Assembly (NCBI GenBank): GCA_031426355.1
Contig: JANPLD010000027.1
Location: forward strand, 18,907-82,906
Direction: 5' to 3'
From: Alphaproteobacteria bacterium
GTDB taxonomy: Bacteria; Pseudomonadota; Alphaproteobacteria; Rickettsiales; UBA8987
DNA length: 64,000 nt
Shown: positions 22,979 to 32,029 of the stretch, piece after piece
Position numbering within the stretch: the first letter of the stretch is position 1
Layout: every line of letters begins with the position of its first letter
Notes under the pieces: generated by a model
Databases searched by the model: none
What the model saw: only the letters and a program-made list of their open reading frames with translations
Told to the model about the DNA's origin: nothing
Program-made: the position numbers and the translations under genes

Positions 22979-23974
22979 ATGGCTATTTTACACGGAACAA
23001 CAGGTAAAGATAAGCTTCTAGGCACTGTTGATGCAGATGAGATTTATTCAGGTGGTGGCCATGACAGGCTTTATGGTTATGAAGGTGATGACCAATTATT
23101 TATAGAAAATCCTTCTGACAGAACACGCGTATACGGTGGTGCTGGTAATGATACCGTTACTGGAAGTGATGAAAAAGATATAGTATATGGTGAAGAAGGC
23201 AATGACCAGATCGCAGGTGGCGCTGGTGATGACAGGCTTGAAGGCGGCTTAGGTGCTGACCAGATCGCAGGCGGTGATGGTAATGATTTCTTAAAAGCCG
23301 GAAGAGATAATGATGCTGACACTATTGATGGTGGCGCTGGTGATGACAGGATAGTTTTACAAGGTTCTTTTGAAGGCGGAACTGGTGATACTGCTGCAGG
23401 TGGTATTGGTGATGATTATATAAGCGGTAGCAAAGGTAATGATACTATCCTCGGTGAAGATGGTAATGATGGTTTGCTCGGCCGTAGAGGTGATGATTCT
23501 ATTGATGGCGGTGCTGGTGATGACAGGATAAGAGGTAACACTGGTAATGATGACCTTACAGGCGGCATCGGTAATGATAATTTAAAAGGTAATAGAGGTG
23601 ATGATGCTATCAACGGCGGAGACGGTGATGATAGGATCGAAGGTAATAGCGGTAATGATACTATTTTTGGTGGCGAAGGTAATGATGTTATAAAAGGCGG
23701 CAGAGGTGATGACATTATTGATGGTGGCGCGGGTGATGATGATATTTATGGTGCTGCTGGTGATGATGTATTCATATTCACGACCGGAAGCGGTAATGAT
23801 GTTATCCATACATATAGCGCAAGCCATGATAAAATTAATCTTGGTGGCCTAACATTTGCTGATCTTACTATCAGTGATTTAGATGGTGATGCGTTAATTA
23901 CGCTTTCCAGCGGTGAAACCCTCACTTTAATGAATGAGGATTTCTCTGATATAACTTCAGATTATTTCGTCTAG
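22979..23974 (+). CDS. RTX (hemolysin-type calcium-binding repeat) protein
   Basis: 331 aa consisting almost entirely of about two dozen GGxGxDxUx-type nonapeptide repeats (GGAGNDTVTG, GAGDDRLEG, GIGNDNLKG and so on), with a non-repetitive acidic C-terminal ~70 aa. Confidence 0.85.
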   Translation: MAILHGTTGKDKLLGTVDADEIYSGGGHDRLYGYEGDDQLFIENPSDRTRVYGGAGNDTVTGSDEKDIVYGEEGNDQIAGGAGDDRLEGGLGADQIAGGDGNDFLKAGRDNDADTIDGGAGDDRIVLQGSFEGGTGDTAAGGIGDDYISGSKGNDTILGEDGNDGLLGRRGDDSIDGGAGDDRIRGNTGNDDLTGGIGNDNLKGNRGDDAINGGDGDDRIEGNSGNDTIFGGEGNDVIKGGRGDDIIDGGAGDDDIYGAAGDDVFIFTTGSGNDVIHTYSASHDKINLGGLTFADLTISDLDGDALITLSSGETLTLMNEDFSDITSDYFV

Positions 23975-25270
23975 TTATTTAAATTTTATATATTCAACGA
24001 TATTTGAAAGGGAGATAGATTGTTTGTCTCCCTTTTTTCTTTCCGTAACTTCAGCATTGCCATCTTTTAAACCTTTAGGGCCAATGACTATCTGATAAGG
24101 TATTCCTATAAGTTCTGCGGTTGCAAATTTCGAACCTGCGGAATTATCCGTATCATCGTAAAGAACTTCCACAGCTTCGCTGGTTAACTTTTGATAGATA
24201 TCATCACATGCTTTACTGCATTCTGCATCCTGCGCTCGTAGGTTAATTAAAATAACTTTGAATGGGGCAACTGATTCAGGCCATACTATTCCCTTGCCAT
24301 CATGGTGAGCTTCAACAATAGCGCCAACCAGTCGTGATACGCCAATACCATAACAGCCCATCTTAACTATAACATTTTCACCTTTTGAATCCTGAACTTT
24401 TACATTCATGGCTTTGGAATATTTATCACCTAGGTAAAAAATGTGACCAACCTCAATACCCCTAGCACTTTTTACTTTCTCAAGCGGAATAGGGCAGTTG
24501 TTTACGTCATGCATTTCATCAGCTCTTGCATAGAGCGATTTTATTTTTTCAATATCAAAACCTTCGGTTTTATTATTTTCAAAAAGTTCTTCATAAGTCT
24601 CGTCATAATAGATCTGGCTTTCACCTGTATCCGCGATTATCTGGAACTCATGACTTAAATCGCCACCTATCTGCCCGGTTTCAGCCCTGAATGGTATTGC
24701 TTTAAGACCAAGCCTTTTGAAGATACGCAGATAAGTTTCAAACATTAAATTATAAGAATTTATCGCAGCTTGCTCATCAATATCAAAACTGTAAGAATCT
24801 TTCATAAGGAATTCGCGTCCGCGCATAACACCAAAGCGAGGGCGGATCTCATCGCGGAATTTCCACTGTATGTGATAAAGGTTCATTGGAAGGTCTTTAT
24901 AAGACTTCACATTATTACGGAAAAGATCAGTGATAACTTCTTCGTTAGTTGGTCCGTAAATTAGTTTTCTGTCATGCCTGTCAGTTGCAACAAGAGTTTC
25001 TGCGCCGTAACTACCGCGGCCTGATTCTTCCCATAGTTCTGCCGGCTGCATGGTTGGCATGAGAAGTTCATTAGCGCCGCTTTTATCCATTTCCTCACGT
25101 ACGATATTTGCAATGTTGTTGAGAACGCGGAGGCCAAGTGGTAGCCAGTTATATATGCCGCCTGAAAGCTGGCGAATCATTCCGGCGCGTAGCATCAATC
25201 TGTGCGATACTATCTGCGCTTCGCGTGGGTCTTCTTTTAAAATAGGAAGGAGGAATCTTGAAAGTCTCAT
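23975..25270 (-). CDS. proS: proline--tRNA ligase (short alphaproteobacterial type without editing insertion)
   Basis: 431 aa. Class II motifs (MRLSRF..., FRDEIRPRFGVMRGREF, GCYGIGVSR). Confidence 0.95.
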   Translation of the reverse strand: MRLSRFLLPILKEDPREAQIVSHRLMLRAGMIRQLSGGIYNWLPLGLRVLNNIANIVREEMDKSGANELLMPTMQPAELWEESGRGSYGAETLVATDRHDRKLIYGPTNEEVITDLFRNNVKSYKDLPMNLYHIQWKFRDEIRPRFGVMRGREFLMKDSYSFDIDEQAAINSYNLMFETYLRIFKRLGLKAIPFRAETGQIGGDLSHEFQIIADTGESQIYYDETYEELFENNKTEGFDIEKIKSLYARADEMHDVNNCPIPLEKVKSARGIEVGHIFYLGDKYSKAMNVKVQDSKGENVIVKMGCYGIGVSRLVGAIVEAHHDGKGIVWPESVAPFKVILINLRAQDAECSKACDDIYQKLTSEAVEVLYDDTDNSAGSKFATAELIGIPYQIVIGPKGLKDGNAEVTERKKGDKQSISLSNIVEYIKFK

Positions 25271-25339
25271 ATTTCTTTAATTAAATTATGAGGGCCAAGA
25301 TAAAAGAAATGAAATTATGTGCAATAAAGAACTTGAACC

Positions 25340-25726
25340 TTATTTAACTTCAAGCGCTTTTCTTATAGCGTTGTTCTGGGCTTTTTCTACATCTTCACGC
25401 AGGTTTTGCGGCATGTTTTCAGGAAGTGCCTGAGGTGTCATATTATTTGATGAAGAAGCTTTTTCCTCTTCCAGTTTCTTTGCAAGGTTTTCCGGTAATT
25501 GATTATTATATTTTTCCTGCGGCGTAATAGCGCCCTGAATATTAATTGGTTTGCCTTCCACCTGTTTTTCTTTTATTAACCTTCTTCTTTTTTCTTCTAT
25601 AGTAATGATCTCTTCATTACGGGAGCCTATAAATTTTGGCTGGTATGGAGAATCATTGCTTTGCGCCAGAGAAATTGTCGGAGCAATTGAAGCCGTAATT
25701 AAAGAAATTGTAATAAGTTTTTTCAT
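25340..25726 (-). CDS. secreted hypothetical protein (Lys/Glu/Gln-rich)
   Basis: 128 aa. Clear Sec signal peptide (MKKLITISLITASIAPTISLAQS). No recognisable family. Confidence 0.5.
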   Translation of the reverse strand: MKKLITISLITASIAPTISLAQSNDSPYQPKFIGSRNEEIITIEEKRRRLIKEKQVEGKPINIQGAITPQEKYNNQLPENLAKKLEEEKASSSNNMTPQALPENMPQNLREDVEKAQNNAIRKALEVK

Positions 25727-25828
25727 AATTTGATTACCAAGTAAGAGTAAAGCCTATACCTCACTCTTACATTTAGTAGGAAAGGTAGGTAAAATCATTG
25801 TATCATATTTTAGCTAAATATAAAAATA

Positions 25829-26314
25829 TTATTTAGCTGGCGTAGTTGCAGCTGGAGCAGCATTTGTTGGAGTTGTAGTTGTTGGCGTAACGTTATTGTT
25901 TTGTTGCCTTAAAGTGCTCCTGTTTTTTCTCGCCTGAACTCTTTGTTCTGCTTTGTAAGCGCGCATTGCAGCAGAACCGGTCTGATCTGTTTGTGAAGTT
26001 GATTGTGGGTCAGAAGCGGCATCTTCTTTTTGCTGGTTGAGTTCTTTAGCTGCCGGAGTAGTATTTACCGGAGTATTGGAATTTACGTCAGAATCAATAG
26101 TTGTGTTAGTGGTTGTAGAGCCTGCAGCTGGAGTATTAACTGGCTGATTATTATTCGCAGCAGGTGCATTAACCGGGGCAGGGTTGGAAGGTGCAGCATT
26201 AGAAGGGGCGGGATTCGAAGGCGCAGGATTTGCTACTGGAGCGGTATTTTGGGCAAAGCCTTGAGTTGCGGCAATTACAGTGATAAATGCGAAAATAGCT
26301 AATGTTTTTTTCAT
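25829..26314 (-). CDS. secreted low-complexity protein with PAPSN-type tandem repeats
   Basis: 161 aa. Signal peptide (…ATQGFAQN), then NPAPSNPAPSNAAPSNPAPVNAPA encoded by roughly 15-bp tandem DNA repeats at about 26170-26245, then Thr/Asn/Pro-rich sequence. Confidence 0.5.
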   Translation of the reverse strand: MKKTLAIFAFITVIAATQGFAQNTAPVANPAPSNPAPSNAAPSNPAPVNAPAANNNQPVNTPAAGSTTTNTTIDSDVNSNTPVNTTPAAKELNQQKEDAASDPQSTSQTDQTGSAAMRAYKAEQRVQARKNRSTLRQQNNNVTPTTTTPTNAAPAATTPAK

Positions 26315-26460
26315 AAAGAGCCTTTATTGATTAATACTCAAAATATAAGGGATTTACGGGAGTATTCAAATTTAAATTATCATCTCATAATACTCCCTTT
26401 ATCTTTCTTGAAAAATACCCTATATAACTACCTGAAATTAATAACTAACGGGCTAATCTT

Positions 26461-27450
26461 ATGTCTCAAGCAACAGTTAAGGTGCAAAGCACAGACAAAC
26501 ATTTTACTACGCAAGGTCGTGGTAAAACTTATAATAATATAATTGAAACTGTGGGTGATACACCTCTGGTGAAGCTTAATAGAATACCTCAGGAAGCTGG
26601 CGCCAAGGCTGAAATTTATGCTAAACTTGAATTTTTTAACCCTCTTTCTTCTGTTAAAGACAGGCTGGCGCTTTCAATGATCGAAGAAGCTGAAAGAAAA
26701 GGTCGTATAAATAAAGATACGCTTCTTGTAGAACCTACTTCTGGTAATACCGGTATTGCGCTTGCATTCATAGCGGCGGCAAAAGGTTACAAACTTATTC
26801 TCACAATGCCTGAATCTATGAGCTTAGAGCGCAGGAACATGCTTAAAATCATGGGCGCGCAACTTGAGCTTACTGAAGCTGCAAAAGGTATGAAAGGCGC
26901 GATCGCAAGGGCGCAGGAACTTGTTGAGAAAAATCCTAATGCAGTAATGCTCCAACAATTTGAAAATCCTGATAATCCGCTTGTTCACCGTAATACTACG
27001 GCGAATGAGATCTGGAATGATACTAACGGCACTGTTGATATTTTTATAACAGGTGTTGGAACTGGTGGTACATTAACTGGTGTTGCTGAAGTTCTGAAAG
27101 AGAAAAAACCTTCTGTTAAGATAATCGCGGTTGAACCTGAGGATTCTCCGGTTCTTTCTGGTGGTCAGCCTGGTCCTCATAAAATTCAAGGTATTGGCGC
27201 AGGTTTTGTTCCAAAGATCCTTGAAACTGGTTTGATCGATGAAGTAATAAAAATCAGCAATGAAAAATCTTTTGATACAGCTCGTAAACTCTGCAAGTTA
27301 GAAGGTATACCGGCCGGTATTTCATCTGGCGCAACTGTGGCGGCAGCTTTAGAAGTTGCGGCTCGCCCAGAAAATGCAGGTAAAAAGATAGTTGTTATCT
27401 GCGCTTCTTCAGCTGAGCGTTATATGTCAACTGCACTATTTGATTTCTAG
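26461..27450 (+). CDS. cysK: cysteine synthase A (O-acetylserine sulfhydrylase)
   Basis: 329 aa. PLP-lysine context NPLSSVKDR, PTSGNTGIALA, and a GVGTGGTLTG loop. Confidence 0.9.
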   Translation: MSQATVKVQSTDKHFTTQGRGKTYNNIIETVGDTPLVKLNRIPQEAGAKAEIYAKLEFFNPLSSVKDRLALSMIEEAERKGRINKDTLLVEPTSGNTGIALAFIAAAKGYKLILTMPESMSLERRNMLKIMGAQLELTEAAKGMKGAIARAQELVEKNPNAVMLQQFENPDNPLVHRNTTANEIWNDTNGTVDIFITGVGTGGTLTGVAEVLKEKKPSVKIIAVEPEDSPVLSGGQPGPHKIQGIGAGFVPKILETGLIDEVIKISNEKSFDTARKLCKLEGIPAGISSGATVAAALEVAARPENAGKKIVVICASSAERYMSTALFDF

Positions 27451-27505
27451 ATCATTAATTTAATTCTATCCCGCTTGGATTTCCTGGCGGGATATATTCC
27501 TGCTT

Positions 27506-27979
27506 ATGGATAATGAAGATAACTGGAATGAATTTGTAAAAACAGTAAAGAAGCTTTCTGTAAAGAATACTAAAGCTGATATAAAAATTCCTAAGAGGAT
27601 TGAAGTGAAGTCTGCTTCCGAACTTCCATCTTTTAGCTCATATGAGCAATTACCGCAGAGAAAAATAAGAACTATAAAAGCCAGAACAAGATCTGTAAAA
27701 AAAACTCTTGAAGCACTAATTGATCTTCACGGGCTCAATCTGGAAAGCGCTTATAGAGAGCTTGTTGATTTTATAAAATTTTCCCATGCGAATGGTTTTA
27801 AATTTTTGCTAGTAATAACCGGTAAAGCAAAAACCTCACCGCAAAGTACAATACGAAGGGAGCTTCCCTTATGGCTGGAAACTAACGCCCAAATTTCATG
27901 GATGGTCAGGTCATATTCAACGGCAAATAAAGAGCATGGTGGGGAAGGGGCCTTTTATGTGGTTTTAAACCGCGACTAA
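27506..27979 (+). CDS. Smr/MutS2-related small domain protein
   Basis: 157 aa. The C-terminal Smr domain pattern reads IDLHGL...VITGKA...GGEGAFYV. Confidence 0.75.
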   Translation: MDNEDNWNEFVKTVKKLSVKNTKADIKIPKRIEVKSASELPSFSSYEQLPQRKIRTIKARTRSVKKTLEALIDLHGLNLESAYRELVDFIKFSHANGFKFLLVITGKAKTSPQSTIRRELPLWLETNAQISWMVRSYSTANKEHGGEGAFYVVLNRD

Positions 27980-28905
27980 ACTTTACTTACATTTAAACTC
28001 ATCTTGTCTTTTGCAATTTTGATTTTTGCGGGAACGCCAAAATGTATGGCCCAGTTGCGGGTTGTATGACCAATGCCTGAAATTTTGAAGACCGGGATTT
28101 TTACTTCATTAGCAAATTTTTCAAGAATCTTATCTATTAATGGCATATCCATATCAACTTCGCCGCCTTCAAAATCACCGAAGATTATTGCTTTTGCGCC
28201 TTTGCATAGGCCGGACTGTAAAATATGAGTGAGAATCCTATCTACCTGATAAGGCTTTTCATTTATGTCTTCAAAAAGAAGAATCTTGTTTTTTGCTTTT
28301 ATCTGCCACTGTGTACCTATTGAACATTGAACCAGTTTTAAGTTTCCGCCAATTATCGCAGATGTATCTATAGTTTGTGACTTTAGGTTTTTTGATACGG
28401 CGTTTAGTTCAAAATCTCTTTTATATTCTTTACCGAAGATGATATTTTCAATCTGTGAAATGCTTTCCTTATCAATTCTTTCCCTAATGACCTGCCAGAG
28501 GATAGGGCCGTGAACTGTTTTCCATCCCCATTCCTGATTAAGAAAAAAATGGATCGAAGTGATGTCGCTGAATGCAATAAATAATTTTTCCTGTTTTGGC
28601 AGATTTTTTATTTTAGCAAGATATGGAATTATCTGCGGGCTGCCGCTGCCACCTTTTACGCACCATATAGCTTTTGAATCTTCCGCAAAAAGTGCATCTT
28701 TTAATTGTTTGAAGCGTACTTTTTCCGGAGCGGAAGCAATAAGGTCGCCCATCAATAAATCTGTTGGAACCCTTGGAACAAGTCCAAGTGAAACTATATA
28801 TTCCTTTATTTTTTCAACTTCTTTTTCTTTGATGCCATAGGCTGGCGCGAGTATATCAACTATATCGCCTTTTTTGAGAGGTTTATATTTTGCAGGTTTT
28901 TTCAT
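27976..28905 (-). CDS. ldcA: LD-carboxypeptidase (S66 family, muramoyltetrapeptide carboxypeptidase-like)
   Basis: 309 aa. AFSDITS nucleophile-serine context and C-terminal GHT. Its 3' end overlaps the convergent smr gene by 4 nt. Confidence 0.8.
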   Translation of the reverse strand: MKKPAKYKPLKKGDIVDILAPAYGIKEKEVEKIKEYIVSLGLVPRVPTDLLMGDLIASAPEKVRFKQLKDALFAEDSKAIWCVKGGSGSPQIIPYLAKIKNLPKQEKLFIAFSDITSIHFFLNQEWGWKTVHGPILWQVIRERIDKESISQIENIIFGKEYKRDFELNAVSKNLKSQTIDTSAIIGGNLKLVQCSIGTQWQIKAKNKILLFEDINEKPYQVDRILTHILQSGLCKGAKAIIFGDFEGGEVDMDMPLIDKILEKFANEVKIPVFKISGIGHTTRNWAIHFGVPAKIKIAKDKMSLNVSKV

Positions 28906-28906
28906 A

Positions 28907-29281
28907 TTAAGCTCTTAGTATTTTTACTCCATATTCTGCGATAATCTCATCTTTTGTTATCAGTGTCAGGTTTTCGCATATTGCCTGACAGGCAATTATC
29001 CTGTCAAAAGGGTCTTTATGTATATCAGGTAATTTTTCTGTTTCCAGAACGTGATTAAAATTTATTGGAAGAATAGATAGGTTGGAATATTCAATTGCTT
29101 CTTTTAAATTATCTGGGGAATCAAGTTTGTCGGCTTTTTTCTTGATAATAATTTCCCACATGCTTGCAACACTGACAAGATTTTCCTGTGCAGAAACTAT
29201 CTGTTCTTTTATTTCTTTTTTAAGGTAAGGGCTGTCACTTAAAAGCCAAAGCAATATATGCGTATCAAGAAGGAACCTCAT
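28907..29281 (-). CDS. vapC: type II toxin, VapC-family PIN-domain ribonuclease
   Basis: 124 aa. LLDTHILLW (Asp), WEI (Glu) and DPFDR (Asp) give the PIN acidic residue pattern. Its start overlaps the antitoxin stop by 4 nt. Confidence 0.85.
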   Translation of the reverse strand: MRFLLDTHILLWLLSDSPYLKKEIKEQIVSAQENLVSVASMWEIIIKKKADKLDSPDNLKEAIEYSNLSILPINFNHVLETEKLPDIHKDPFDRIIACQAICENLTLITKDEIIAEYGVKILRA

Positions 29282-29508
29282 TCAGCTTCCCCTGAAAAAT
29301 ACTTTGCTATATCTTCAGGTAGCTTGTCAAAATCGTCAGCAATTTTAACTTTTGATTTCCAGAATCCAAATTTTACCTGTTTCTTTTCCAAAGGGGTAAG
29401 TTTAACCATAGGTAGGCCGGATTTGCTTATTATAACTTCTTCGCCATTCATAGCCATGGCTACTAAATGGGACAGTTTAGCTTTTGCTTCATAAATATTG
29501 ATTTGCAT
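29278..29508 (-). CDS. type II antitoxin, Phd/YefM family
   Basis: 76 aa. The N-terminal NIYEAKAKLSHLV...GEEVIISKSGLPMVKLTP pattern is typical of Phd/YefM. Confidence 0.8.
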   Translation of the reverse strand: MQINIYEAKAKLSHLVAMAMNGEEVIISKSGLPMVKLTPLEKKQVKFGFWKSKVKIADDFDKLPEDIAKYFSGEAE

Positions 29509-29562
29509 AAAAATGCCTAACTAAGTTAGTCAGATTATGCTGTATCTATAAGGCAATGTCAA

Positions 29563-30318
29563 TTAGAAAGGTGAAAGTATATCAGCTAACTGATTTCCAA
29601 TACGCGGCTGCTGTATATCAGTGATAACGCCTTTACCGCCATAAGAGATTCTAGCTTCAGCTATTTGGCTATAAATAATCTCATTACTTGGTGTAATATC
29701 TTCAGGTCTGATAACGCCCTGAACAGTTAATTGGCGAACTTCAAAATTAACTCTTACTTCCTGGCTGCCGTAGATCACCATGTTCCCGTTAGGGAGAATA
29801 TCCGTGATAACAGCTGCTACCATGGTATTGATGTTCTCATTCCTGTTTATGGTGCCTTCGCCTTTATTATTTAAGGCACTGTCCTGATCAAGCAGATTTG
29901 CAGGATTCTGGTCATTCCCAAGCAATCCGGCAACTTTAGCGATTTTACCCTGTAGTCCAAAGAATTCAGGTATCTTCACATCGCTTGTCTCAGTTCTTTT
30001 TCTTTCGGTTTTATTACCAAGCTGGGCTTTATCCTGAATGGAAACTCTTACGGTTAAAATATCACCTACTTTTCCTGCGCGTTGATCTTTAAAGAAGGTT
30101 CTTGAATCGCCATCCCATAAGGAATTTGACGATCCGGGGGTAGTTGGCTTGCGGGCAACCATCGGCCATTTTATTGGCGGCGTTTGTGATTGCGGTTGAA
30201 CAGGGTTCATTGGTGGTTCTTTGCCAAGCCATTCCAATCTGTCCATCTGTGATGTTGCGCAGGATGAAGCTAACGCTGCAAATGCTGTGATTGTAATTAT
30301 ATTTAATTTTCTTTTCAT
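29563..30318 (-). CDS. flgH: flagellar L-ring protein
   Basis: 251 aa. Lipoprotein signal (ALASSCA), SLW...R.FF.D.RA..VGDILTV, and the conserved C-terminal YGG.G motif. Confidence 0.9.
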   Translation of the reverse strand: MKRKLNIITITAFAALASSCATSQMDRLEWLGKEPPMNPVQPQSQTPPIKWPMVARKPTTPGSSNSLWDGDSRTFFKDQRAGKVGDILTVRVSIQDKAQLGNKTERKRTETSDVKIPEFFGLQGKIAKVAGLLGNDQNPANLLDQDSALNNKGEGTINRNENINTMVAAVITDILPNGNMVIYGSQEVRVNFEVRQLTVQGVIRPEDITPSNEIIYSQIAEARISYGGKGVITDIQQPRIGNQLADILSPF

Positions 30319-30322
30319 ATAT

Positions 30323-31117
30323 CTACCTGTTAGCTAACACTTCTTCCTGAAAATTTACCAGAGCTGTATTTTGTCTTTCAGCCATAGCCATAAATTCTTT
30401 TCCTGAATCTATATTTTTTAATTTAATTATCTCGCCAACCCTGCCATCACTCATGGCTTGGGCGGTTACTTTAAGTTCCATATTTTTTTCACGATAGATG
30501 GCGATAACAGCTTTACCTTTTTTAATTACGATAGGGTTTTCAACATCTCCTGAAAGTATTTGGGAGCTTCTTGCGATATTCCTTTTTGCCTGTTTACCAA
30601 TTATGTATTTCTCGTTGTCAAGTGCTGAAGAAACAACTTTATTGTCAGGGGTGTGTTTAAAAGCGATATCACTTTCTTCTATCAATGCGCCTTTTCTGAT
30701 AAGAGTTTTTGCAACCGGTATCCTTCTGCTTTCAGTATATTTTCCTGTTGCGATTAGCCTATAAGTTGCCTTTTCAGGTGTAAGTATTGCTTCAAAAAAT
30801 TTTGTTTTATCATCAATAGTAACCTGGCTTACCTCAAGCATATCTTTAATGCCTGATTTTTCAGCTTCATCCAATGAATAAGATTTTTCAGAGCCTTCCC
30901 TTATAAGGTAACCGTATTTTACAGAGAATATATTTCCCTTTGAATTCGTTGAAATGGCTTCAGAAAGTTTTTGCGAAATATCTTTAATTGAAAAACTTTC
31001 AGAAGAATTAAGCTTTTCGTTTGTTTTTTTGTGTACTACTTCAGAGGCTAAAATATTGCCAAAAACTGCAAATACAAATAGTAGACATAAAAATAATTTT
31101 GATAATAGCTTCTTCAT
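30323..31117 (-). CDS. flgA: flagellar basal-body P-ring formation chaperone
   Basis: 264 aa. Signal peptide and a C-terminal SAF/ChapFlgA region (GD.IKLKN..SGK). Its position between flgG and flgH is typical of alphaproteobacteria. Confidence 0.8.
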   Translation of the reverse strand: MKKLLSKLFLCLLFVFAVFGNILASEVVHKKTNEKLNSSESFSIKDISQKLSEAISTNSKGNIFSVKYGYLIREGSEKSYSLDEAEKSGIKDMLEVSQVTIDDKTKFFEAILTPEKATYRLIATGKYTESRRIPVAKTLIRKGALIEESDIAFKHTPDNKVVSSALDNEKYIIGKQAKRNIARSSQILSGDVENPIVIKKGKAVIAIYREKNMELKVTAQAMSDGRVGEIIKLKNIDSGKEFMAMAERQNTALVNFQEEVLANR

Positions 31118-31215
31118 TTAGCGCCCCCTTGGTTTCATCATAAATTTTAACCGGATAATCTTTATCAGCCCTTCCGCATTTAGTAAGTTTCATTTAATCC
31201 CCCAGATTAATTTTA

Positions 31216-32007
31216 TTACCTTACGTTATTTAGCGCTCCAAGCATTTCATCTGATGTCTGAATCACTTTAGAATTAAGTTCATAAGCCCTTTGCGCGGCG
31301 ATAAGTGTAGTAATTTCATAAACCGCATCTACGTTCGAGTTCTCAACAAACCCTTGCTGCACAGTACCAAAGCCAACTGCGCCTGGTGTTCCCGTTATCG
31401 GTGTACCAGAAGCTTCAGATTCCTTAAATGCATTATTACCGATCGGCCTTAAGCCACCTTCATTTATAAAATTCACTAATGTAAATTGCCCAAGCCTTTG
31501 TGGGGTTGCAGAATCATCTGTGGTGACAAAAACTTCACCTTGTACGTTCACTGTGATTTCAGAAGAGTTGTCAGGGATGGTGATAGTAGGATCAACAGTA
31601 AAGCCTTGAGGGTCAACTATCACACCTTGATTGTTAGGTGAGAATCTTCCTGCTCTGGTATAATATTCTGTGCCGTCTGCATCAGTTACCCTGAAATATC
31701 CTTTTCCTTGTATAGCAATATCAAAATCATTGCCTGTCTGTACAACGGTACCTTGCTCAACATTTCTATATATACCTACTGGTTTAACACCAAGACCAAC
31801 CTGCATACCGGTTGGTGGAAGGTTACCGCCTGATGTGCTTTGTACGCCTACGTCGCGGCCAAGGTTCTGGTATAAAAGATCTTGGAATTCACCTATCCTG
31901 CGTTTATAACCGGTGGAGTTCAGGTTGGCTACGTTGTTTGAGATTACCTCAACATTCAACTGCTGAGCGCTCATTCCCGTTGCTGCTATTTGTATTGCTC
32001 TAAGCAT
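31216..32007 (-). CDS. flgG: flagellar basal-body rod protein FlgG
   Basis: 263 aa. N-terminal rod motif ISNNVANLNSTGYKR and C-terminal ENSNVD...MI.AQRAYE. Confidence 0.9.
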   Translation of the reverse strand: MLRAIQIAATGMSAQQLNVEVISNNVANLNSTGYKRRIGEFQDLLYQNLGRDVGVQSTSGGNLPPTGMQVGLGVKPVGIYRNVEQGTVVQTGNDFDIAIQGKGYFRVTDADGTEYYTRAGRFSPNNQGVIVDPQGFTVDPTITIPDNSSEITVNVQGEVFVTTDDSATPQRLGQFTLVNFINEGGLRPIGNNAFKESEASGTPITGTPGAVGFGTVQQGFVENSNVDAVYEITTLIAAQRAYELNSKVIQTSDEMLGALNNVR

Positions 32008-32029
32008 AAATTTTCATACTTTATTTAAG

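Noticed and set aside
27467-27494. Hairpin tatcccgc...gcgggata after cysK, considered as a terminator or a solo arm of the palindromic repeat family
   Set aside because: The stem is 8 bp with a 12-nt loop and no following T-run, so it is a weak terminator. Its similarity to the repeat arms is limited to the generic cccgc/gcggg hairpin.
31041-31193. 50-codon minus-strand ORF (MKLTKCGRADKDYPVKIYDETKG...) with a strong GGGGGA RBS, between flgG and flgA
   Set aside because: About half of it overlaps, out of frame, the flgA signal-peptide coding region. flgA has its own GGGGG RBS, and the peptide has no recognisable features. It is probably a chance ORF in the flgA leader, though ribosome profiling could revisit this.
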